A stretch of 64,000 nucleotides of DNA, taken from sequence record DRR378314_251; one strand, written 5' to 3'. The notes beneath the pieces were generated by a model, which was not told the origin of the DNA, did no database searches, and saw nothing but the letters and a program-made list of their open reading frames with translations. This document shows, piece after piece, positions 38,782 through 48,948 of the stretch (the first letter of the stretch is position 1; each line of letters opens with the position of its first letter). Position numbers and translations under genes: made by a program.

Positions 38782-40710
38782 ATGAACGAACGACATGATT
38801 TGGATGTCATCACGATTGGTCGTGCAGGCGTCGACCTGTATGGGCAACAAATCGGCGCGCGCCTTGAGGACGTCCACTCCTTTGCAAAATACCTGGGCGG
38901 TTGCCCGGCGAACATTGCGGTTGGGACGGCTCGACTAGGTCTGCGCTCTGCCATTATTACCCGCGTTGGCGATGATCATCTCGGCCGGTTCCTGCTCGAG
39001 CAGTTTGTTCGTGAAGGCGTGGACACAGACGGGATAACAACTGATCCGGAAAGGCTGACAGCCATGGTCGTGCTCGGCATCCGCGACCGCGAAACCTTTC
39101 CGCTCGTATTCTACCGTGAGAATTGCGCCGACATGGCGCTGACCCCCGCTGACATCGACGAGAACTTCATCGCACGCTCCCGCTCCGTCCTGTTTACGGG
39201 CACTCACTTTTCGACTGAGGACACTCGAGCAGCGTGTTCGGTTGTGCTCGAAGCCGCTCAAAAGCACGGTTGCAAGATTATTCTCGATATTGACTATCGG
39301 CCCGTTCTGTGGGGGCTGACGTCCCGCTCGATGGGTGAAGAACGCTTTGTGTCCGCCCCTGCCGTTACGCAGACCCTGCAGAGTTTCGCTCCGTTTTGCG
39401 ATCTTATCGTCGGCACCGAAGAAGAACTTCATATACTCGGCGGCACAACTGATACGCTCGCGGCGGTCCGCGCCATCAGGGCGATCAGCGCGGCGACCAT
39501 CGTCTGCAAACTTGGTGAACAAGGCTGCGTCGTTTTCGACGGCGCCATTCCAGAGCAACTCAATATGGGGATTGCGGGAGAGGGTTTCCCTATCGAGGTT
39601 TTCAATGTGCTGGGAGCTGGCGACGCCTTCATGAGCGGCTTTCTGCTCGGCTGGCTATCAGAGCACCCCCTCGCGGAATGTTGCCGGCTGGCCAATGCCT
39701 GCGGCGCTCTTGTCGTCTCACGGCATGGCTGTGCGCCTGCCATCCCTACCAGGGAAGAACTCGACTGGTACCTCAAGCAAGGTTCTTCGCACCGGGCGCT
39801 TCGCAAGGACGCCCAGCTGGAACGGCTTCATTGGGCGACGACACGGCAGAAGCGCCATAGGGATCTGGCGATATTCGCGATTGATCATCGCTCACAACTC
39901 GAAGAGCTGGCAGCGAACTGTGATGTGCCTGAATCCCGGATATCGGAATTGAAGAATCTCGCCGTGAAAGCTGTCGAGAGCATCAGTGATGTCGATATGG
40001 ATATCGGTATACTTCTGGACGGCCGCCACGGTACCGAGGCGCTGTTCCAGATGGCGGGGACGCCATACTGGACCGGACGCGCGATCGAATTGCCCGGCTC
40101 CCGGCCGCTGGACTTTGACACCGAAAAAACAGTCGGCGGCGAAATGTTGGAGTGGGATAAGGCGCAGGTTGCCAAATGCCTGTGCTTCTACCACCCGGAT
40201 GATCCATCGGACCTTCGCGTGGCTCAGGAACGGCGAGTTCTTGATGCCTACAAGGCCAGCCGCGAGTCTGGCCGCGAGTTTCTTCTCGAGATCATATCGT
40301 CAAAACATGGGCCGGTGACATCATCGACCGTCAGCGACGTCATGGACCGGATGTACGAAATTGGCGTCTATCCGGACTGGTGGAAACTGGAACCGGCCAT
40401 TGATGCCGACACCTGGAAAAACATATCGTCTGTGATCGAGCGAAACGATCCTCACTGTCACGGCATTCTCATCCTTGGGCTGGCTGGCAATGCAGACGAT
40501 ATCGTGGACTGCTTTCACACGACGACGGATTATCCTCGCATCAAGGGATTTGCCGTGGGCCGCACCATCTTCCAAAGTCCCGCTCAGGATTGGCTGATGG
40601 GACAGATCGACGATGAGGAAGTCGTATTGCAATTGAAGCAGAACTTCGAGTTTCTGATCGACGGCTGGCGAAGCACACGCGTCGCCAAGGCTGAAGAGAG
40701 CGTCGGCTGA
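38782..40710 (+). CDS. iolC: 5-dehydro-2-deoxygluconokinase with C-terminal DUF2090 domain
   Basis: IGRAGVDLYGQQIG, PfkB motif NVLGAGDAF, C-terminal PDWWKLE and GFAVGRTIF. Confidence 0.95.
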   Translation: MNERHDLDVITIGRAGVDLYGQQIGARLEDVHSFAKYLGGCPANIAVGTARLGLRSAIITRVGDDHLGRFLLEQFVREGVDTDGITTDPERLTAMVVLGIRDRETFPLVFYRENCADMALTPADIDENFIARSRSVLFTGTHFSTEDTRAACSVVLEAAQKHGCKIILDIDYRPVLWGLTSRSMGEERFVSAPAVTQTLQSFAPFCDLIVGTEEELHILGGTTDTLAAVRAIRAISAATIVCKLGEQGCVVFDGAIPEQLNMGIAGEGFPIEVFNVLGAGDAFMSGFLLGWLSEHPLAECCRLANACGALVVSRHGCAPAIPTREELDWYLKQGSSHRALRKDAQLERLHWATTRQKRHRDLAIFAIDHRSQLEELAANCDVPESRISELKNLAVKAVESISDVDMDIGILLDGRHGTEALFQMAGTPYWTGRAIELPGSRPLDFDTEKTVGGEMLEWDKAQVAKCLCFYHPDDPSDLRVAQERRVLDAYKASRESGREFLLEIISSKHGPVTSSTVSDVMDRMYEIGVYPDWWKLEPAIDADTWKNISSVIERNDPHCHGILILGLAGNADDIVDCFHTTTDYPRIKGFAVGRTIFQSPAQDWLMGQIDDEEVVLQLKQNFEFLIDGWRSTRVAKAEESVG

Positions 40711-42557
40711 TGAAAACGGTGAAGCTTACAACCTCGCAAGCACTCGTACGGTATCTTGCGAACCAGTTCATTGAGGTGGACGGCGAAACTGTCCCCTATT
40801 TTGCGGGCGTGTGGGCCATCTTTGGACACGGAAACGTTGCAGGACTGGGTGAGGCACTTTATCAGCACCGGGACGAATTGCCATCCTTCCGCGCTCACAA
40901 TGAACAAGGCATGGCGCATGCCGCAATCGCCTTCGCAAAAGCCAACTTCAGGCGTCGGGCAATGGCCTGCACAACCTCGATCGGCCCCGGCGCAACAAAC
41001 CTGATTACAGCAGCGGCGCTTGCGCATGTGAACCGCCTGCCCGTTTTGTTTCTTCCGGGCGACATCTTCGCAAGCCGCCGCCCGGATCCGGTCTTGCAGC
41101 AGATTGAAGATGTCGAAGACGGCACCGTGTCAGCCAATGACTGCTTCCGGCCGGTGTCGCGCTATTTCGACCGGATCACGCGTCCCTCGCAAATCCTCGC
41201 CGCGCTTCCGCGAACTATGGCGGTGTTTACCGACCCTGCTTCCTGCGGACCCGTCTGCCTGTCGATCTGTCAGGACGTCCAGAGCGAAGCGTTTGATTTT
41301 CCAGAGGCATTCTTTGAGCCAAAGACATGGCGCATCCGCGCACCAGAGCCTGATGCCCAAGAACTGGACGCCCTCGTCGACGCCCTGCAATCCGCAAAGC
41401 GGCCTCTAATGGTCGCAGGTGGCGGTGTTCTTTATAGCGGCGCGTCCGATGCGCTCACGCAATTCGCCGAACGCTGCGCCATCCCGGTTGTTGAGACGCA
41501 AGCCGGCAAGAGCGCACTGCCAAGCTCGCATCCAATGAACCTTGGCGCTGTCGGCGTGACCGGAACGGAATCTGCCAATGCCGCCGCCGCTGAGGCAGAC
41601 CTGATCATCGGGATTGGAACGCGTCTACAGGATTTCACGACCGGTTCTCGAAAGCTCTTCACCGACGACCGCCGGAAGGTCTTCCAGGTCAATGTTGGTG
41701 CCTACGATGCCACCAAGCATTCTGCGACTGCGGTCGTAGGGGACGCCCGAAAGGTGCTCGAACGGCTGGATGCCACGATTACGGATTTGGACCTCGATAC
41801 GGCCTGGACGGAGCGCAATGCGGAACGCGTTCGCGACTGGACAGCATCCGTAGATGAAGCCTTCCGGGACAAGGGCACGAACCTTCCATCCTACGCTGAA
41901 ATTGTCGGCGCGGTGGACTCTGCCTCTGACGATTCTGGCGTCGTTCTGTGCGCGGCTGGTACACTGCCTGGTGAGCTTCACAAGCTTTGGCGTCCCGAGC
42001 AGCCTGGCGGATATCATATGGAGTATGGCTACTCCTGCATGGGGTATGAGATCGCCGGCGGCATTGGCGCGAAGATGGCGATGCCCGACCGTGAAATCTT
42101 CGTCATGGTCGGCGACGGCAGCTATCTCATGCTTAACTCGGAAATCGCCACATCCGTAATGATGGGCGTGAAGCTCACGATCATTCTCCTCGACTCCGGT
42201 GGCTTCTCCTGCATCGACCGCCTACAGCGAAGCACCGGCAGCGAGAGCTTCAACAACCAGCTTGAAGACTCATGGCACACGGAAATGCCAACCATCGACT
42301 TTGCCGCCCACGCCAGGAGCCTCGGCGCTATTTCCGAAACCGTGTCGACAATTAGCGAGCTCAAAGCAGCCCTGTTCCGCGCAAAATCAGCACCTAAGAC
42401 CGTCCTCATTTCCATGAAGGTCGATCCTGACGGTGCGACCGATCTCGGTGGGTTCTGGTGGGATGTGGCCGTCCCGGAAGTCTCACCAAGCGAGAAAGTT
42501 CAAAGCGCGTTCGAAGATTACGCGCGCACAGTCCGCAGCCCCGCAAAAGATAGCTAG
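40710..42557 (+). CDS. iolD: 3D-(3,5/4)-trihydroxycyclohexane-1,2-dione acylhydrolase
   Basis: IFGHGNVAG, TTSIGPGATN, EYGYSCMGYEIAG, ThDP motif GDGSYLM, WWDVAVPEVS. Confidence 0.95.
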   Translation: MKTVKLTTSQALVRYLANQFIEVDGETVPYFAGVWAIFGHGNVAGLGEALYQHRDELPSFRAHNEQGMAHAAIAFAKANFRRRAMACTTSIGPGATNLITAAALAHVNRLPVLFLPGDIFASRRPDPVLQQIEDVEDGTVSANDCFRPVSRYFDRITRPSQILAALPRTMAVFTDPASCGPVCLSICQDVQSEAFDFPEAFFEPKTWRIRAPEPDAQELDALVDALQSAKRPLMVAGGGVLYSGASDALTQFAERCAIPVVETQAGKSALPSSHPMNLGAVGVTGTESANAAAAEADLIIGIGTRLQDFTTGSRKLFTDDRRKVFQVNVGAYDATKHSATAVVGDARKVLERLDATITDLDLDTAWTERNAERVRDWTASVDEAFRDKGTNLPSYAEIVGAVDSASDDSGVVLCAAGTLPGELHKLWRPEQPGGYHMEYGYSCMGYEIAGGIGAKMAMPDREIFVMVGDGSYLMLNSEIATSVMMGVKLTIILLDSGGFSCIDRLQRSTGSESFNNQLEDSWHTEMPTIDFAAHARSLGAISETVSTISELKAALFRAKSAPKTVLISMKVDPDGATDLGGFWWDVAVPEVSPSEKVQSAFEDYARTVRSPAKDS

Positions 42558-42566
42558 GATCAACTC

Positions 42567-43475
42567 ATGCAGTTCGGAGTTAGCCCAATCGCCTGGTCGA
42601 ATGACGACATGCCGGAACTCGGCGGCGGCACAAGTCTTGAAAGTTGCCTCACGGATGTGAGAGATGTTGGCTTTACCGGTGTTGAACTGGGCAACAAGTT
42701 TCCCCGTTCGAGCCCTGACCTTCTTAAAGTGCTCAATGCATTCGACCTCCAACTCGTTGGCGGCTGGTTTTCGGGGCACCTTTTGAAGCGTTCGGCTCAG
42801 GATGAGATAAAGGCTCTGCAGCCGCACATGGAGCTACTGCGAGCCTGCGGAAGCGACGTCTTTGTCCACGCTGAATGCAGTAATGCGGTGCATGGCAATC
42901 GCGGCGTCGGCCTTTCAGGCCGCCCTGGCCTGACCGATCAAGAGTGGGCGCTGTTCGGCTCTCGCCTCACTGAAGTCGCCGATTATATTGCTGGTGAAGG
43001 CTTCCGGTTTGCCTATCACCATCACACCGGCACCGTTGTCGAAACCGCCGCTGATCTCGAGCAATTTTTCAGAGTAACTGGCGAACGCGTTGGCCTCACA
43101 CTGGATACAGGCCATGCCTATGTCGGCGGAATAGACTGCCCGGAAACTATTCGCCGTCATCCGGGTCGGATCGTGCACGTGCACTGCAAAGACGTGCGCG
43201 AAACGGTGTATGATGACGTAGTCAGGAAAGATGACAGCTTCCTAGATGGCGTGCTGGCAGGCATGTTCACCGTACCAGGCGACGGCGCTATCGACTACGT
43301 CCCCATTTTCTCAGCTCTGGCAGATATTGGCTATGATGACTGGGTCATTATCGAAGCCGAGCAGGATCCCGCCAAAGCGGACCCTCGCAAATATGCCGAG
43401 CTTGGCCTCGCACACATCAGGTCGTGCGTAGAGAAAGCCTACCCGTCGCGAAAGGTGGAAAACACAAATGTCTAA
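42567..43475 (+). CDS. iolE: Myo-inosose-2 dehydratase
   Basis: PIAWSNDDMPELGG, YHHHTGT, LDTGH, HVHCKD, FTVPGDG, EAEQDP. Confidence 0.95.
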   Translation: MQFGVSPIAWSNDDMPELGGGTSLESCLTDVRDVGFTGVELGNKFPRSSPDLLKVLNAFDLQLVGGWFSGHLLKRSAQDEIKALQPHMELLRACGSDVFVHAECSNAVHGNRGVGLSGRPGLTDQEWALFGSRLTEVADYIAGEGFRFAYHHHTGTVVETAADLEQFFRVTGERVGLTLDTGHAYVGGIDCPETIRRHPGRIVHVHCKDVRETVYDDVVRKDDSFLDGVLAGMFTVPGDGAIDYVPIFSALADIGYDDWVIIEAEQDPAKADPRKYAELGLAHIRSCVEKAYPSRKVENTNV

Positions 43476-44268
43476 TCTACGCGTAAGACCGAAAGCGCCG
43501 TCAGAGGATGGCTGTATCCTAGAAGTCACGCCGCAGTCTGCAGGCTGGGATTATGTTGGCTTCGCCGTTCACAAACTCGAAGCCGGCGAAACTTTGAAAA
43601 AGCTCGAAGCAGACAAGGAAACCTGCCTGGTACTACTGACCGGAACGGCAACCGTCGCTGCAGGCGATCAACGCTTTGACAGCATCGGCGGACGCACATC
43701 TGTGTTCGATGGCCCACCTGCGGCTGTTTACGTGCCCGCCGGCGAAACATTCACCGTCACTGCCGAAACAGTTCTCGAACTCGCCGTCTGCACAGCTCCC
43801 GGTGGCGGATCATTCCCAGTACGGTTGATCGAGCCGGGCTCGATTAAGCAGGAGGTCAGGGGCAGCGGCACCAACACCCGCTACATACAGGACATTCTTC
43901 CCGAAACTCACCCCGCTCACAGTCTGCTTGTTGTCGAGGTCATTACGCCAGGCGGGAATTGGTCAAGTTACCCGCCTCACAAACATGACTCCGACGCATT
44001 GCCTGAAGAGTCGGCGCTGGAAGAAACCTATTACCACCGGCTCAGTCCGCCGCAGGGCTTTGCCTTTCAACGCGTCTACACAGACGACCGATCCATCGAC
44101 GAAGCCGTTACCGTCGAGGACGGCGACTGCGTCATGGTACCGGGAGGCTATCACCCTGTTGGCGCGCCTCACGGCTATGACCTCTATTACCTGAACGTCA
44201 TGGCAGGCGCGAAGCGCAAATGGGTCTTCCGCAATGATCCCGATCATGAGTGGATCGTCAAAAAATAG
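43468..44268 (+). CDS. iolB: 5-deoxy-glucuronate isomerase
   Basis: TPQSAGWDYVGF, GNWSSYPPHKHD, LEETYYHR, GYHP, YYLNVMAG. Confidence 0.95.
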   Translation: MSNLRVRPKAPSEDGCILEVTPQSAGWDYVGFAVHKLEAGETLKKLEADKETCLVLLTGTATVAAGDQRFDSIGGRTSVFDGPPAAVYVPAGETFTVTAETVLELAVCTAPGGGSFPVRLIEPGSIKQEVRGSGTNTRYIQDILPETHPAHSLLVVEVITPGGNWSSYPPHKHDSDALPEESALEETYYHRLSPPQGFAFQRVYTDDRSIDEAVTVEDGDCVMVPGGYHPVGAPHGYDLYYLNVMAGAKRKWVFRNDPDHEWIVKK

Positions 44269-44386
44269 TCCACACGTCCGCTAAGGCGGTAACACCCCAT
44301 ACTGACCGGTCCGAATAGCGCCTGCGGCGTCTACCGGGCCCATCCCGCAAACCCAACTCTTCAGCTCCCCTTTTGAAGGCCGCCCC

Positions 44387-45511
44387 ATGAAAACAAGCTA
44401 CAACATCGCGCTGATCGGCACCGGCTATATCGGCAAGACACACGCCCTCGCCTATCAGGCCGTCAACTCGGTCTTCCCCGATACGCCGAAGCTCGTGAAG
44501 GCACTGGTCGTCGATATCAATGAGGCGGCAGGCCGTCGCTTTGCCGACCAGTTCGGATTTCAGGCTTTCTCGACCGACTGGAAGGACGCTCTCAACAATC
44601 CAGACATCGATATCGTCACCATTGCGACGCCAAACTTCCTGCACAAGGAAATGGCAATCGCAGCGCTGCGCGCTGGCAAGCACGTCTATTGCGAAAAACC
44701 GCTCGCCGTGTCGATCAGCGATGCCGAGGAAATGGCCGACGCCGCGAAAGCCAGCAAGGGCCTTACCCTCGTCGGCTACAACTACCTCTGTAATCCGATC
44801 CTGCAACACGCAGCTCAGCTGGTTCAGTCCGGGAAGATTGGCAAACCGCTCTTCTTTCGCGGCGTGAACGATGAAGACTACATGGCAGATGCCGGCGTCC
44901 CACACTCATGGCGCTGCGAGCGCAAGCTCGCCGGGCCGGGCACGCTGGGGGATCTCGCGACCCATCTGATCAGTCTGTCGGAATTCATGATGGGCGAAGT
45001 GGCGTCTGTCTCTGGACATCTCTACACCGCCCATTCGATGCGCCCGGACCCGAACCACACGTCAGCGAGCAAGCCTGTCGAGAATGATGATGTGGTGTCG
45101 ATGGTTGTCGAATATGCCAATGGCGCACGCGGGGAGCTTTCGTCCAGCCGGATCGCCTGGGGACGCAAGAACCGCCTCGCCTTTGAAATCCATGGCGACA
45201 AGGGCTCCATCCTCTTCGACCAGGAACGCCTGAACGAGATCGAGCTGTATTGCGCGACCGATGACGCGGCCAATCTGGGCTTCCAGAAAATCCTCGCCGG
45301 TCCGGCTCACCCGCCCTATGCGGCCTTCATCCAGTCCACTGGGCATCAGCTCGGCTTCAACGATCTCAAGATAGTTGAGGTGCGCAACCTGCTGGATGGC
45401 ATCGCCCACGGAAAGCCGCTCTACCCATCCTTCGCTGATGCCATCCGCGTCGAGCGCGTGATCGACAGTGTCCTGCAATCTGCAGCCACCGGCAAGCGGG
45501 TCGGCGTATAG
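44387..45511 (+). CDS. Gfo/Idh/MocA oxidoreductase, probable inositol dehydrogenase
   Basis: IGTGYIG, HVYCEKP, GTLGDLATH, GHQLGFNDLK; located in the iol cluster. Confidence 0.88.
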   Translation: MKTSYNIALIGTGYIGKTHALAYQAVNSVFPDTPKLVKALVVDINEAAGRRFADQFGFQAFSTDWKDALNNPDIDIVTIATPNFLHKEMAIAALRAGKHVYCEKPLAVSISDAEEMADAAKASKGLTLVGYNYLCNPILQHAAQLVQSGKIGKPLFFRGVNDEDYMADAGVPHSWRCERKLAGPGTLGDLATHLISLSEFMMGEVASVSGHLYTAHSMRPDPNHTSASKPVENDDVVSMVVEYANGARGELSSSRIAWGRKNRLAFEIHGDKGSILFDQERLNEIELYCATDDAANLGFQKILAGPAHPPYAAFIQSTGHQLGFNDLKIVEVRNLLDGIAHGKPLYPSFADAIRVERVIDSVLQSAATGKRVGV

Positions 45512-45594
45512 CTCGCCCCCTTGAATCAAACCGCCGGCCAAAAGGACGTGTTTCCTCTTCGCCGGCGCAACTTGTTCAATTCTCCGCCCGAAGC

Positions 45595-47130
45595 CTAGTC
45601 TGACGAAGGCTCTTCGTCTTCGCTGGTCCAAGGACGCTTCTCGTCCTCGCCGCGCTTTTCACCCGGCGGATAGAGCTCCAGCTGGTTCTCGACTGGCTCC
45701 ACGCTCGCAGTTTGCGCGTCAGCTAGCGCCTTGAGTTCAGCGACGATGTCCGGGTGATCCGCTGCAATATCGAACTGCTCGCCCGGATCGGCTTCCAGAT
45801 CATAAAGCAGCGGCGTCTCGAGATCGTGCCGGCCGCCTCCGCCGAAGGATCCGTAGGTGCTGAAGTGCGCCTTGTACCGGCCCTTCCGCACAGCAAACAC
45901 ATCCGTGAAGCGGTAATAATAGATCACGTCGCGCGGACTATCGGCATCCGCAAACAGGGCCGGGCTGAGGTCCACACCGTCATACGTTCTGTCAGTGGGC
46001 ATGTCCGCTCCGGAAATGGCGGAAAAAGTCGGCATCAGATCGAGCGCGGATCCCATGCCGGTAATCGTCTTTGGCTGGACTTTCCCCGGCCACCAGAAAA
46101 TCGCTGGAACTCGCATCCCGCCTTCCCAGGTGGTCCCTTTGCCGTCGCGCAGACGGCCCGCGGACCCGCTATGTGTCAGCATGGTCAGCCAGGGTCCATT
46201 GTCCGACGTAAAAATCACGAGAGTGTTGTCGGCAATGTCCATCTCCTCAATGGCTGAGACGATCTCCCCTACGCTCCAGTCTATCTCTTCAATGACGTCT
46301 CCATATGCATCTCCCGCACTGACGCCTTTGAACTCATCCGACGTGAACAGCGGTGTGTGCGGCATGTTGTGGGCGAGATAGAGGAAGAATGGCTTCCCGG
46401 ATTTCTGGCTATCCTGCATGAACTCGATCGCACGCTCGGTGTAGCGTTTCGTGAGGGTCGGCTGATTGGCAGGCCGCTCAATGATGTCTTCATCATCCAT
46501 CAGCGGAACGTCCCAATTCTCGATATTCGGTGGCTCAAAGAACAGCTCTACGGACCACGGTGTCTCGTTGCCGCCCGGCATGTTCATGTCATTACTGTAC
46601 GGAATGCCGAAATAGGATTCAAAGCCCTGCGCTGTCGGCAGAAACTCTGGTAGGTGGCCAAGGTGCCACTTGCCGAGCGCCCCTGAACGATACCCCTTCT
46701 GCCCGAGCATCTCGGCGATGGTGACCTCGCTCTGAGGCAGTCCGCCTGTCGAGGTTGGAAACAGGACGTGGCGCGCATGAACCAGTCCAGCCATACCGGA
46801 CCGCACCGCAAGACGACCGGTTAGCAGGCCTGCGCGACTCGGTGTGCACACACTGGCCGGCGCATAGAAGCTGGTCCACTTCTGCCCCTCGAGGGCCAGG
46901 CGGTCGAGGTGGGGCGTGCGCGCCACCGGGCTGCCATACGATCCAAGGTCCGCATATCCCATATCATCGACGAAAATCAGGACGATGTTTGGTGGTGTCT
47001 TCGCGGTTATCGGTGCCGCACTCTCGGTCGGACCGGCCGCCTTCGATGAAACTGTCTGGCACGCCGGCAGCGCAAACGCGGCCCCCACCAGTATCGCCAA
47101 GCTAGCCAGCCGCCTCGGCATTCTGAGCAT
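45595..47130 (-). CDS. Cys-type formylglycine sulfatase, lipoprotein
   Basis: Lipobox LPAC; FVDDMG, CTPSRAGLLTGR, GKWHLGH, FTSDNGPW, GKGTTWEGGMRVP. Confidence 0.93.
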   Translation of the reverse strand: MLRMPRRLASLAILVGAAFALPACQTVSSKAAGPTESAAPITAKTPPNIVLIFVDDMGYADLGSYGSPVARTPHLDRLALEGQKWTSFYAPASVCTPSRAGLLTGRLAVRSGMAGLVHARHVLFPTSTGGLPQSEVTIAEMLGQKGYRSGALGKWHLGHLPEFLPTAQGFESYFGIPYSNDMNMPGGNETPWSVELFFEPPNIENWDVPLMDDEDIIERPANQPTLTKRYTERAIEFMQDSQKSGKPFFLYLAHNMPHTPLFTSDEFKGVSAGDAYGDVIEEIDWSVGEIVSAIEEMDIADNTLVIFTSDNGPWLTMLTHSGSAGRLRDGKGTTWEGGMRVPAIFWWPGKVQPKTITGMGSALDLMPTFSAISGADMPTDRTYDGVDLSPALFADADSPRDVIYYYRFTDVFAVRKGRYKAHFSTYGSFGGGGRHDLETPLLYDLEADPGEQFDIAADHPDIVAELKALADAQTASVEPVENQLELYPPGEKRGEDEKRPWTSEDEEPSSD

Positions 47131-47290
47131 CGCATTTCCTCCATTGGATCAATTGTTATTGCTGCGGATCGTACGACGAACGAAATAAATAAATCAACTA
47201 TTTGATTTTTGAAAAATATGTTTTACGTTGGCGGCCAGGGCGTTGGAGGAAGCGCTCGCGATAAGACGTCATAATCAAAAAGATAATCGC

Positions 47291-48913
47291 ATGATCCTGA
47301 CCGCATCTACCTTTTTGCTGTTCACAGCAATCGTCGCTCTTGTGTCCTATCTGGCCACCCGCAACCACCGGATGGATAGTTCGGACGCATATTTCCTCGG
47401 CGGGCGGACATTGTCAGCCTGGGTAATAGCAGGCTCCTTGATGCTGACGAACTTGTCTACCGAACATCTCATCGGCCTGAATGGCGATGCCTTCAATCAC
47501 ACTTTCGCAGTCACCGCCTGGGAAACGACTGCCGCGCTCGCCATGGTCCTCATGGCTCTGTACTTCCTGCCTCGCTATCTGAAGAGCGGCTTTGCGACGA
47601 TCCCCCAATTCCTGAAAGCCCGCTATGACGGACAGACGCGAACAATCGCGACCCTCATCTTTCTCTTTTCCTATGTCGTTGCGATCCTGCCCGTGGTATT
47701 GCTGTTCGGCGCAACCGGCATCGACAGCCTGTTCGAGATCTCTGAAAAGACTTCGCTGACGCCAACCCAGACAAAGTGGATACTGGTCTGGGGCATCGGC
47801 GCACTCGGATCGCTTTACGCCATCTTCGGCGGTCTCCGCGCTGTCGCAATCTCCGACACGGTGAACGGCATCGGTTTTCTGGCGGCGGGTCTTCTCATCC
47901 CCGTGCTCGCACTGGCCATGATCGGTCATGGCAACCCGCTCGACGGACTTGAGACCGTCTACACCGCAGAAGAGGAGAAGTTCGACATCACCGGCGACGA
48001 GCCGGGCTCCTTCCTGCCCTTCGCCGTGCTGTTCACCGGCATGATCGTGAACCAGATATTCTTCTGGTGCACCAACCAGTCGATCGTCCAACGCGCGCTC
48101 GGCGCGAGGAGCCTCGCCGATGGGCAAAAAGGCGTCCTGATCGCTGCATGCTTCAAACTTCTCGGACCCGCCATCGTCGTCCTGCCCGGCATCATCGCCT
48201 TCTACTTGTTCAAGGATCAGCTCGGTCAGGATGACTACCTCCAGGCCTATCCGATGCTGGTCAAGGAAGTGCTGCCTGGGTGGCTGGTTGGCTTCTTCGC
48301 TGCCGTCATGGTCGGCGCGGTTCTCTCGACCTTCAACAGTGTCCTGAACAGCTCCGCCACCCTATTTAGCGAAGGCATCTATCACGCCCTCTTCAACCGC
48401 GAAGCGACCGGCAAACAGATCGTGTTCTCAGGCCGTGTTTGCAGCATCGTCCTGGCGCTTGCAGCCATGCTGGCCGCACCGCTAATCGACACGTCTGGCA
48501 GCCTCTACAACTACCTGCAGAAGATCAATGCGACCTTCTTCGGTCCAATGCTGGCGGTCATCCTGCTCGGGTTCCTGACCCGCAACACTTCAGCGCTTGC
48601 CGCCAAGATTGTGCTGGTGGCCGGGCCGATTGTCTTCTTCCTGCTGGTCTTCGCCTTCGAAGCGCCCGTTCAGGCCTTCCTGAAGGCGGCCTTCAACACC
48701 CCATACGACATTCATTTCCTCCACCTTCTGGCAGCCGTGTTTGTCGCGTCGGTTCTTTCCATGCTGGCGATCAGCGCATTTTCTCCGGCGAAGACCGTCT
48801 ACCAGCCCAAATATACCGAGGACGTCGACATCACGCCTTGGCGCTACGCCAAGGTGACAGGCCTCATCATAGTAATCATCACAATCGGCTTTTACGTGCT
48901 GCTGGCGAAATAA
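47291..48913 (+). CDS. Sodium:solute symporter (YidK/SGLT-like)
   Basis: YFLGGR, SLMLTNLSTEHLIG, GGLRAVAISD, FWCTNQSIVQRALGA. Confidence 0.92.
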   Translation: MILTASTFLLFTAIVALVSYLATRNHRMDSSDAYFLGGRTLSAWVIAGSLMLTNLSTEHLIGLNGDAFNHTFAVTAWETTAALAMVLMALYFLPRYLKSGFATIPQFLKARYDGQTRTIATLIFLFSYVVAILPVVLLFGATGIDSLFEISEKTSLTPTQTKWILVWGIGALGSLYAIFGGLRAVAISDTVNGIGFLAAGLLIPVLALAMIGHGNPLDGLETVYTAEEEKFDITGDEPGSFLPFAVLFTGMIVNQIFFWCTNQSIVQRALGARSLADGQKGVLIAACFKLLGPAIVVLPGIIAFYLFKDQLGQDDYLQAYPMLVKEVLPGWLVGFFAAVMVGAVLSTFNSVLNSSATLFSEGIYHALFNREATGKQIVFSGRVCSIVLALAAMLAAPLIDTSGSLYNYLQKINATFFGPMLAVILLGFLTRNTSALAAKIVLVAGPIVFFLLVFAFEAPVQAFLKAAFNTPYDIHFLHLLAAVFVASVLSMLAISAFSPAKTVYQPKYTEDVDITPWRYAKVTGLIIVIITIGFYVLLAK

Positions 48914-48948
48914 TTCGTCGCCCCGCAGCCCGACCACGGGAGATTCAA

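Noticed and set aside
48439-48948. Long N-terminal extension of MmsA (668 aa)
   Set aside because: It overlaps the symporter in another frame; dehydrogenase homology starts at about 48949.
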